Position numbers and translations under genes: made by a program
Assembly: GCA_040397635.1 (NCBI GenBank)
Contig: JBBAVO010000001.1
Span: 1 to 47,755 of the forward strand
DNA length: 47,755 nucleotides
Direction: 5' to 3'
Origin: Pirellulales bacterium
GTDB taxonomy: Bacteria; Planctomycetota; Planctomycetia; Pirellulales; UBA1268
Notes under the pieces: generated by a model
Database searches by the model: none
The model's input: only the letters and a program-made list of their open reading frames with translations
What the model was told of the DNA's origin: nothing
Shown: positions 34,774-42,693 of the stretch, in pieces
Layout of the letters: each line of letters opens with the position of its first letter
Numbering within the stretch: the first letter of the stretch is position 1

Positions 34774-36432
34774 TTATTTCCCGGGCGCCCGGCGCACCGC
34801 CGCGGCGGAAGCGGCGAGCCAGAAGGGGAGTTGGCCGGCGGGCGGCAGCTTGACCACCCGGGCCGATCTGACGCCCGGGCAGGCCAGAATGGCCGCCACG
34901 GCCTCTGCGGACGGTTCCTGATCGAGATTCAGCACACCAATGGCGTCGCCTCCGGGAGCCGAGCGACCGACGGTCATCTGGGCGATGTTCACACCCATCC
35001 CGCCAAAGGCATTGCCCACGCGACCGATGATGCCAGGCACGTCCTGATGCGTGAACACCAGCAGAACGCCGTCCAGATAGGCCTCCAGACGATGCCCTTC
35101 CAACTGCACCAGTCGCGGCATGGAATGGCCAAACAGCGTGCCTGCCGCCCGGTGCACATGGTCACCGGACACCAGATCCACCGCCACGACCGAACTGAAC
35201 GCCCCGGGGTCGGTCCGACTCTGTTCCACCAGTTCGATGCCCCGATCCCGCAGCAGCACCTCCGAATTGACGATGTTCACGTCTTCGAGCGCCGATTCGA
35301 GCAGCCCCGCGGCGAAGGCCGCGGTCACCAGCCGTGTGTTCCGTGAGGCGATCTCACCTCGATAGGCGATCGAGCAGGATCGCGGTGGCCCCTCCTCGAG
35401 TTGGGCCAGCAGCAGCCCAAGCCGCCAGGCCAGATCAAGAAATCCCCGCACGCCCTCCATCGAGGCTGGATCAATGGGGCTGGAGTTGACCGAATGGCGA
35501 ATCGCGCCGGTGGACAGGAAGTCAACGAGCAGCCCGACGCCCTCGACGGCCACCTGCGACTGGGCCTCCTCGGTGCTGGCGCCCAGGTGTGGCGTGACGA
35601 GTACGCCCGGCATGTCAAAGAGCGGACTGTCGGTGCAGGGCTCCTGCTCGAACACGTCGAGAGCCACGCCGCCGATCACGCCCCGTTTGAGCCCCTCCAC
35701 GAGCGCCTTTTCGTCGTAGATGCCGCCGCGGGCACAGTTCACCAGCCGCACGCCAGGCTTGAGGATGGCCAGTTCGTCCATGCCGACCAGATGCCGCGTC
35801 TCGTCGGTCAGCGGGGTGTGCACGGTCAGGTAATCGACCTCCGGCAGCATGCCGCGCACGGTGCCCACCAGTTCGATGCCCATCTCCTTGGCCCGCTCCG
35901 CCGACAAAAACGGATCGAAGCCCACCACCCGCATGTCGAACGACAGGGCTCGCTTCGCCACGGCCTGACCGATCCGGCCGAGCCCGACGATTCCGAGCGT
36001 CTTGCCCGCCAGTTGAGCGCCCATGAACTTATTGCGTTCCCAACGGTGCTGGCGGAGGCTTGCATCAGCCGCGGCCACATTGCGGGAGAGAGCGAGGATC
36101 AACGCGAAGGTGTGCTCCGCGGTGCTGACGGTGTTGCCAGCGGGCGTGTTCATCACCACGATACCCTGCCGCGTGGCCGCATCCTTATCGATGTTGTCGG
36201 TGCCAACGCCTGCCCGCACGATCGCCTTGAGCCGGTGATTGCCGGTGAGCGAATCGGCAGTGATCTTCACGCCGCTGCGGCAGATGGCCCCATCGTGGCG
36301 GGCCAGAGCCTCCCGCAGTGCCGCGCCCGAGAGCCCGGTGACGACTTCATAGGTGACGCCCGCTTCGGCCGCCGCATCGAGGAGCGCGAGGCCGTCCGGA
36401 CTGAGCGTGTCGAGCACGATGATCGAGGGCAT
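34774..36432 (-). CDS. serA: D-3-phosphoglycerate dehydrogenase (long form with ASB/ACT domains)
   Basis: GIVGLGRIGQAVAKR (NAD-binding fold), NCARGGIYDE, TPHLGAST, and a C-terminal ACT-like region (LLVFTHQDVPGIIGRVGNAFG). Start at ATG 36432. Confidence 0.9.
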   Translation of the reverse strand: MPSIIVLDTLSPDGLALLDAAAEAGVTYEVVTGLSGAALREALARHDGAICRSGVKITADSLTGNHRLKAIVRAGVGTDNIDKDAATRQGIVVMNTPAGNTVSTAEHTFALILALSRNVAAADASLRQHRWERNKFMGAQLAGKTLGIVGLGRIGQAVAKRALSFDMRVVGFDPFLSAERAKEMGIELVGTVRGMLPEVDYLTVHTPLTDETRHLVGMDELAILKPGVRLVNCARGGIYDEKALVEGLKRGVIGGVALDVFEQEPCTDSPLFDMPGVLVTPHLGASTEEAQSQVAVEGVGLLVDFLSTGAIRHSVNSSPIDPASMEGVRGFLDLAWRLGLLLAQLEEGPPRSCSIAYRGEIASRNTRLVTAAFAAGLLESALEDVNIVNSEVLLRDRGIELVEQSRTDPGAFSSVVAVDLVSGDHVHRAAGTLFGHSMPRLVQLEGHRLEAYLDGVLLVFTHQDVPGIIGRVGNAFGGMGVNIAQMTVGRSAPGGDAIGVLNLDQEPSAEAVAAILACPGVRSARVVKLPPAGQLPFWLAASAAAVRRAPGK

Positions 36433-36634
36433 GGATTCGGGTTTCCACAAAGGGCAGGGATGACTGTGTCCACCAAGGGCTGGACCGAATCAAGAACTAG
36501 TGTAGCGTTTTTCCTGAGCGATTCGGGAGCCGGGGGTCGGGGGAAGCCGAAGCGAGTCAGCGTATCCTCGCTCCGAGTCGGAGGCTTTCACCGCCCCCGG
36601 CGGTTTGGGCCACTCGACGAAAGATGACCGCGTT

Positions 36635-37771
36635 TTAGCTGCGCTGACTGCGTTGAAACTCCAGCATATAGTCTCGCAGCGATTCGACGCCCGACACTGG
36701 CATCGCGTTGTAGATGCTGGCCCGGATGCCCCCCACGGAGCGGTGCCCCTTGAGGTCGACGAGCCGACGCTCCGTGGCCCCCTTGATGAACGCCTTTTCA
36801 AGCGTCTCGTCGGGCAGGCGGAACGTCACGTTCATATCGGAACGACACTCAGGGTGGGCGTGGCCGGCATAAAAACCACCCGAGGCGTCGAGCACGTCGT
36901 AGAGCAGTTTTGCCTTGGCGGCGTTGTGGCGGTTCATGGCCGCCAGCCCGCCCACGCTGTCGCGGAGCCACTGGCAGACGAGCCCGAGCACATACACAGC
37001 GAACACCGGCGGTGTGTTGGGCCGTGAGCCATTCTTGGCGTAGGTGCGATAGTCGAGCATCGTGGGCAGGTCGTCGCGGGACCGCTCGAGCAGATCCTTG
37101 CGAATGATCACCACCGTCACGCCGGCGATTCCCGCGTTCTTCTGCGCACAGGCATAGATCAAACCGTATTTCGGCACGGCAATCGGACGCGACATGAAGT
37201 CGCTGGAGCAATCGCAGACGAGCGGGGCCCCACCGCCATCCGGGTCATGCTTCCACTGCACGCCCTGAATCGTCTCGTTGCTCGTGACGTGCACATATTC
37301 GGGGTTCTCGGAGAGGCGGATCTCCTTGGCGTCCGGCAGCCGGTCATACCCGGTGGCACCGCCATCCCAGGCCACGTGAACCTTGCCCTCCCGTCGCGCC
37401 TCCTTGGCGCCGGTCTGGCCCCAGGTGCCAGTCATGATGTAATCGGCAGCGGCCTGACGACCTCGCAGGAGGTTCATCGGGACCATCGAAAACTGGAGAC
37501 TGGCGCCACCCTGCATGAGGAGCACATCGTAGTCGTCGCCAATGGCCAGCAGGTGCCGCAGGCCCTGGAGCGTCTCCTCAAGAATCGAGTCGAAGGCCGG
37601 GCTGCGGTGGCTGATCTCGAGCACCGAGATGCCCACCCCCGGGAGCGAGAGCATTTCGTCCTGCGCCCGCTCCAACACCTCCAGCGGCAAGACCGCTGGG
37701 CCTGGCGAAAAGTTGTAGACGCGTTCGGTCGCCGACCCGGCACTTCGGTCCGTCACTGGCTCGTTCTCCAT
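36635..37771 (-). CDS. serC: phosphoserine aminotransferase
   Basis: YNFSPGPAVLPLEVL, ISHRSPAF, MQGGASLQF, YACAQKNAG (PLP Lys region) and GGIRASIYNAMP. Start at ATG 37771. Confidence 0.9.
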   Translation of the reverse strand: MENEPVTDRSAGSATERVYNFSPGPAVLPLEVLERAQDEMLSLPGVGISVLEISHRSPAFDSILEETLQGLRHLLAIGDDYDVLLMQGGASLQFSMVPMNLLRGRQAAADYIMTGTWGQTGAKEARREGKVHVAWDGGATGYDRLPDAKEIRLSENPEYVHVTSNETIQGVQWKHDPDGGGAPLVCDCSSDFMSRPIAVPKYGLIYACAQKNAGIAGVTVVIIRKDLLERSRDDLPTMLDYRTYAKNGSRPNTPPVFAVYVLGLVCQWLRDSVGGLAAMNRHNAAKAKLLYDVLDASGGFYAGHAHPECRSDMNVTFRLPDETLEKAFIKGATERRLVDLKGHRSVGGIRASIYNAMPVSGVESLRDYMLEFQRSQRS

Positions 37772-37891
37772 CCCGGCCTGCCCGCACCTCTCACTGTCTG
37801 CAACCGGCGGTCGGAAGTGGACGAGGGTCGGCACCTTGGGCCGGAGAGCCGGGCAGCCGAGAGAGCAGGATAAAAGCCACCCTCGGCATGG

Positions 37892-38683
37892 TCAACGGGA
37901 CACGTTTCCCGGCGGCATGGGGGCGACGTATCCCGCGGGCGAGAGGGGCACGGCGGAAGCGGGCATCGCGGCCAGCCGGGAGGTGCCCGCCTGGGCCGCC
38001 GAGAGCGTTGCCGCTCGCGTTGCCACCGTCGGCTGTCTCGGATCGATGGCAAGAGCCCGGCTGTAATTTGAGAGTGCCTGTGAGGCATCCCCCTCAGACT
38101 CGCGAATCTGGCCCAGTGCCACCAGCGCCCGGGGATTGTTGGGGGCGATCGCCAGACTGTCGATGAGGTGGTTTTCGGCCTCCCGCACATCGCCATGCTC
38201 CTGGCACAGACGGGCCATTTCGATCTGTGGATTCGGGTTGCCGGGCTGCCGCTGGGCCCACTGCTGCAGTTGGGCCATCGCCTCGTCGCGTCTCTCCTCC
38301 TCGACGAGGAGTACGGCGAGCCCACGCTGGCAGGCTTCATGGTTGGGATTCCGTGCCAGGCAGAGGTGGTAATACTGCTCGGCGGTCTGCAGGTCTCCAG
38401 GGCGGCTGAACAGCTTGGCCTGTTGATGGTAGGTGGCCCCGAGGTTGTAGAAGCAGTCCGCATTGCCGGGCTGTTTCGCCAAGGCCTGCTGAAAATGATC
38501 GACAGCCCCAAGATAGTTGCCCTGCTGATAGAGCTGGACACCGGCCGAGTTGTCGTTTCTGGCAATGCCTCCGCAGCCGCAGGCCGTGAGGCAGACCACG
38601 ACCAGGAAGAGCCACAAACCGCCACGACGGGGCGGTGTTCGCGGGACAACGGGTCTGGTGATGCGGTGATCAGGTGTGGGCAT
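37892..38683 (-). CDS. TPR-repeat lipoprotein
   Basis: ATG at 38683 gives a signal peptide with a lipobox-like motif (LWLFLVVVCLTA|CGC). It is followed by classical TPR repeats (YQQGNYLGAVDHFQQALAKQPGNADCFYNLG...). Confidence 0.7.
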   Translation of the reverse strand: MPTPDHRITRPVVPRTPPRRGGLWLFLVVVCLTACGCGGIARNDNSAGVQLYQQGNYLGAVDHFQQALAKQPGNADCFYNLGATYHQQAKLFSRPGDLQTAEQYYHLCLARNPNHEACQRGLAVLLVEEERRDEAMAQLQQWAQRQPGNPNPQIEMARLCQEHGDVREAENHLIDSLAIAPNNPRALVALGQIRESEGDASQALSNYSRALAIDPRQPTVATRAATLSAAQAGTSRLAAMPASAVPLSPAGYVAPMPPGNVSR

Positions 38684-38803
38684 GGTCGCCCTCCGAGCCC
38701 GCCGCCCAGCCGGGAAGATCCGGTGGAGTGAGGCGGGAGGGGGCAGAACCGTAGCCTCCGCGATCCTCCGCAACAACCCCAGCCGAGTTGCCGCCAGTCG
38801 CGA

Positions 38804-39061
38804 TCAGGCGGTTGTCACGCGGACGTAGCCAAGGGAACGGACTACTTCGAGCAGTTCACTGCAGGTCGGAAAGGGCCGGCCGTTGCGCCGCTTGTACTGC
38901 TCGACGGCCTGCATGAATTCCAGCTCTTCCGGCTGGTAATCGCGTTCGCAGGTGGTCGGATCGACGTGCCGACGTCGGCCGCTTGTGCGACCCGCGGCGG
39001 CGGCAACGGCGGCACGACGGCTGGAGCAGGGGGGCTTCGGGAGGGAGGAGGTGGTCATCAT
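38804..39061 (-). CDS. small hypothetical basic protein (85 aa)
   Basis: AGGAGA lies 10 nt upstream of ATGATG at 39061/39058. The N-terminus is Arg-rich. The C-terminal part ([49 protein letters not shown]) looks like a folded helical module. The upstream part of ORF ..39160 is poly-C/AT-rich non-coding DNA. Confidence 0.5.
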   Translation of the reverse strand: MMTTSSLPKPPCSSRRAAVAAAAGRTSGRRRHVDPTTCERDYQPEELEFMQAVEQYKRRNGRPFPTCSELLEVVRSLGYVRVTTA

Positions 39062-39277
39062 GGGAAGGGTCTCCTGAAAAATATATGTGGGGGCGGGGGG
39101 GCTGGCGGTGATTTGGTGAACCCTGCTCATTGGGCAAGGTCTACCGGAAGTATGCGCCACACAAACGAGGCAAGATGGCGCGAAAGGGAAAAATATCGCG
39201 GCCGCACAGCCCGCGCAACCGTTCTCAACGGCACCAGAGTGGCCCGATCTGGGCCCGGCCGCAGTGTTCTGCTTCTG

Positions 39278-39946
39278 CTACCGCTTCCCGAAGAACTTCT
39301 TGAGGGCCTCAGCGGCAGCATCTTTCGAGTTCGTGCTCTTCGCGCCCCTCGCCTCCGGAGGCAGCCCGGCGGGCTGCGACCGAGCCGCGATCAATGCGTC
39401 GATGCCCGACGGAGCGGCGGATGCCGAAACCGATGAATCACCAGCCGCCACGACCGGCTCTGCCCCCACCGGCACTGAACTGACCGACGAGGCATCGCCA
39501 TTCTGGCCCGCACTCTGACTCGCAGCGGCTGCAATATCCGCCGTGCTGATCGTCCTGGTCGTATCGAACATTCCGGCAGGCTCATCGTCGGCCATCAGCC
39601 AACGGGAGACCTCGTCCATCGATGCAGCGGCCGCAGGGGCGGCCGCTGCCGGGGCGGCACACGACACCTTCAGTTCGAGCGGCCCCACGCGAACGATGTC
39701 ACCATCAGCAACGGTCACCTTGGCCGATATCTTGGCACCATTCACATAGGTGCCATTCCGGCTTTTGAGATCCTCGACGGTCACCGCACCGGCTTCTTCG
39801 ACCACAGCGCAATGCCGGCGGCTGACCTCCTCGCCCAACGGGCGGATGTCGCATTCCTCTGCTCGACCAATCAAGATTTTGCCGTGCTTGAGCGTAATCG
39901 AACGCCCAGCGCTCTTCCCGGACGCAACGATCAATTTCGCGACCAT
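39278..39946 (-). CDS. FHA-domain protein with Ala/Ser-rich disordered C-terminal half
   Basis: ATG at 39946. ILIGRAEECDIRPLGEEVSRRHCAVV...LKSRNGTYVNG...DGDIVRVGPLELKV is a canonical FHA fold signature (GR...SR.H...NGT). Confidence 0.8.
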   Translation of the reverse strand: MVAKLIVASGKSAGRSITLKHGKILIGRAEECDIRPLGEEVSRRHCAVVEEAGAVTVEDLKSRNGTYVNGAKISAKVTVADGDIVRVGPLELKVSCAAPAAAAPAAAASMDEVSRWLMADDEPAGMFDTTRTISTADIAAAASQSAGQNGDASSVSSVPVGAEPVVAAGDSSVSASAAPSGIDALIAARSQPAGLPPEARGAKSTNSKDAAAEALKKFFGKR

Positions 39947-40175
39947 GAACCGGTGCTCCGAACTCCGTGGGCGGGAGACCACCACCCCTGGAAGAACTGT
40001 GACAGGTCGAGCCGAGACGGATCGAACCTGCGGGGAACCCCACTCAAGAAAAACTTAGTAGAAAGGATACATCCCGCTCCCACTCGTGCCAACAGGTCCC
40101 ATCCCATCGCCGAACGGCATCCGCGCCACTGCGACCGCGACTCATCGATCGTCTGACCGTCAGCCGCTCTGCTCA

Positions 40176-40955
40176 TCATCGGCGGGCCGTCCACCGATCG
40201 TCGCGAAATCGCGAGGAGGAGGCCTCTATCTCCAGGTCGCCACCCCTCACGAAAGGGGCCTCCTCCTCGCGAACGGCGACCCCGAGGCCATGAGCAATTC
40301 GCGCCCCCCAGGCTCGTGAAAGGGCTGTCTCCTCAGGCAGCGACTGTCCGCCCACGATGTCACTCACGGCCGGATGCCGCGCCGAACCGGCCACGGCGGT
40401 GTTGCCGCGGAGCAGGAGGCTGCCATGCTGCAGCACGACGCCGGCAAGCCGCCGCTGCGCACTGCCCATAATCTTGCTGACCGTGCCTGATGCAGGCCCC
40501 GCCATGACCAGGTCGCCCGTGGCTCGACGGTCAAAACAGAAGAACAGCGACTCGTCATGCCGAGAACGAGCATCCGCGGCATACGGCCAGGCTGGGATGT
40601 CATGCTCCGCAAGCGTCTCCACCATGGCGCCATGGAGGGCGTCATAGAAGACCTGCGGCGAAGCCCCCCACGGATGACTCTTGGGCACGGCGGCCGCATA
40701 GGTCAGGTCGCTGCCATGGACGATGGCCCCGCCGCCGCTGGGCCGCCGCACCAGCGGCAGGCCGCGAATCGCGTCCATCTGCCGGGCTTCGTCGATCTTC
40801 TGAAAGCCGCCCAACGAGATGGTCGTTTCCGTCCAGCCATAAAACCGCAGCAGCAGGCTGCCGCGGCGTTCGGCCTCGGCAGCCAGCCACTCGTCGGCGG
40901 CCATGTTGGTCGGGCCGTCTGCCGCGGCGTCCCACCAGATCGTGAGCGTGTTCAC
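40176..40955 (-). CDS. lipoate-protein ligase / octanoyltransferase family protein (LplA/LipM-like catalytic domain)
   Basis: RRPSGGGAIVHG (the RRxSGGGAV motif) and KIMGSAQRR (catalytic Lys motif K-x-x-GSAQ). The only in-frame start downstream of the gcvH stop is GTG at 40955. The rest of ORF 40176..41267 overlaps gcvH in another frame. Confidence 0.65.
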   Translation of the reverse strand: MNTLTIWWDAAADGPTNMAADEWLAAEAERRGSLLLRFYGWTETTISLGGFQKIDEARQMDAIRGLPLVRRPSGGGAIVHGSDLTYAAAVPKSHPWGASPQVFYDALHGAMVETLAEHDIPAWPYAADARSRHDESLFFCFDRRATGDLVMAGPASGTVSKIMGSAQRRLAGVVLQHGSLLLRGNTAVAGSARHPAVSDIVGGQSLPEETALSRAWGARIAHGLGVAVREEEAPFVRGGDLEIEASSSRFRDDRWTARR

Positions 40956-40965
40956 GGCGAGCCCA

Positions 40966-41352
40966 TCAGTGGGGCTGGCTGCCGACGAGCGAGTCATAGG
41001 CAGCCCGATCGAGCAGCCCGTCCATCTCTGCGGGGTTGTCAGCCTTGATCCGCACGACCCAGCCCTCGCCGTAGGGATCCTTGCCGAGCGTCTCGAGCTT
41101 GCCCGGCAGGGCCGCATTGACCTCGACGATTTCGCCTGAGACGGGCGCGTAGAGATCGCTGACCGCCTTGACACTCTCAATCTCACCGAACGATTCGCCA
41201 GCCTTGACCTTTTTGCCGACCGCGGGCAGTTGCATGAACACCAGATCGGTGAGCGCCTCGACCGCATAGGACGAAACGCCCACGGTCAGCACACCGTCCG
41301 CCTCGGGGCGAACCCATTCATGCGTTTTTGCGAATTTCAGATCAGCTGCCAT
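40966..41352 (-). CDS. gcvH: glycine cleavage system H protein
   Basis: ATG at 41352. KFAKTHEWV, and GEIESVKAVSDLYAPVSGEIVEVN, the lipoyl-lysine ESVK motif. Confidence 0.9.
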   Translation of the reverse strand: MAADLKFAKTHEWVRPEADGVLTVGVSSYAVEALTDLVFMQLPAVGKKVKAGESFGEIESVKAVSDLYAPVSGEIVEVNAALPGKLETLGKDPYGEGWVVRIKADNPAEMDGLLDRAAYDSLVGSQPH

Positions 41353-41445
41353 GGAATGCTCCTCAGAAACGATGCCTGTGCATACAAAAAAGGTTGGTTC
41401 TTGTCGCCTCCGCCCCGATCGGGGCGGACCCCCGATCATACCGCA

Positions 41446-42639
41446 TCATGCCCGCCGCTTGTCCCGCTGGTAGAAGGGCAGGGGGGTGACCACGGCTGGC
41501 TGCCGGGAATCGCGGATGACGCCCTCGACAGGGGTGCCCGGGCTGGCCACGTCGCGATCCACCATCGCCATCGCGACGGCGGTTCCGAGCGTCGGTGCGA
41601 AGCTGCCGCTGGTGACGACGCCGACCTGCCTGTCCCCCTGCATGACGGCGTCTCCTTCTCGGGCACTCCGCTTGGAGTCGAACGTCAGGCCAACCCGCAC
41701 GCGACCGGCCGGATGATTTCGCAGACCGCCATAGTGGCTCGCCCCCGGAAAGCTCCGGCCTTCCAGATTGACCGCCAGACCGAGGCCGATCGCAGACGGG
41801 TCGGAACCTTCCCGCAGTTCATGGCCATAGAGAGGCATGCCGGCCTCCAGGCGAAGCGTGTCGCGGGCGCCCAGGCCGCAGGCGCGGAGGCCGAGCGGAG
41901 CACCCGCGGTGTGAATGGCCTCCCAGACCGGCGTGGCTGCCGCGGCATCGACCACCAATTCCACGCCATCCTCTCCGGTGTAGCCGGTGCGGCTGACGGC
42001 GGCGGCATGCCCAGCGACCACCGCCGACGTCGCGCGGTAGTTGCCCAAGCCGGCAATGCGGGCCGCATCGGCAGGCGTGCACAGACTGCCCACGATCTGG
42101 ATCGCCAGTGGCCCCTGCACGGCGATCATGGCGGTCTCCAGCGTGCGATCCGCAAACGTGACGCCGGCGGCCGGCAGGCGGCTGGTGAGCCAGGCGACGA
42201 CACGATCCCGATTGCTGGCGTTGACGACCAGTGCCAGCCGCATCGTCCCGTCGACCGCGTCGGTATCACGGGAGACGAGCGCATCATCGAGGACGACCGG
42301 CTGACCACCCGCGTCGCTCGTGATCAGCGTGTAGCGCACGCGGCCCACCTCGATCCCCGCCACCTTTCGCGTCAGCAGTGACTCCAGCCACTCGACCGCG
42401 GCGGTGCCGCCGATCGTCAGCCGCCCCATGTGCGACACGTCGAAGATGCCGGCGGCCCGGCGGGTGGCCAGGTGCTCCTCGACGATCGACGCATACTGAA
42501 CGGGCATCCGCCAGCCGGCAAAGTCGACCATGCGTCCGCCGTGCGCGACGTGCCAGCCAACCAAAGGTGTTTCGAGAAGCGACTGCGACACGTGAATTCT
42601 TTCCGGAGGGGAGCTCTCATCAGGACGGCGTATCGCCAC
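41446..42639 (-). CDS. gcvT: glycine cleavage system aminomethyltransferase (T protein)
   Basis: FAGWRMPVQY, GIFDVSHMG, RTGYTGEDGVEL, ARDTLRLEAGMPLYGHEL and PLPFY. The start may be internal, since the N-terminal 15 aa are not conserved-looking. Confidence 0.9.
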   Translation of the reverse strand: MAIRRPDESSPPERIHVSQSLLETPLVGWHVAHGGRMVDFAGWRMPVQYASIVEEHLATRRAAGIFDVSHMGRLTIGGTAAVEWLESLLTRKVAGIEVGRVRYTLITSDAGGQPVVLDDALVSRDTDAVDGTMRLALVVNASNRDRVVAWLTSRLPAAGVTFADRTLETAMIAVQGPLAIQIVGSLCTPADAARIAGLGNYRATSAVVAGHAAAVSRTGYTGEDGVELVVDAAAATPVWEAIHTAGAPLGLRACGLGARDTLRLEAGMPLYGHELREGSDPSAIGLGLAVNLEGRSFPGASHYGGLRNHPAGRVRVGLTFDSKRSAREGDAVMQGDRQVGVVTSGSFAPTLGTAVAMAMVDRDVASPGTPVEGVIRDSRQPAVVTPLPFYQRDKRRA

Positions 42640-42693
42640 GGCGTCGGAGGTCGGATTGTAGGAACGCCCCGCAAACCTGCCAGTGATGCCGCT

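Noticed and set aside
35401-36627. 408-aa plus-strand ORF.
   Set aside because: It is antisense to serA, which has a clear NAD-binding fold and ACT domain on the minus strand.
40019-40028. GGATCGAACC (reverse complement GGTTCGATCC) resembles a tRNA or tmRNA T-arm, in the spacer upstream of the FHA gene.
   Set aside because: The flanking sequence does not form a T-stem, acceptor stem or D-arm on either strand. It is most likely a chance match inside the FHA gene's 5' UTR.
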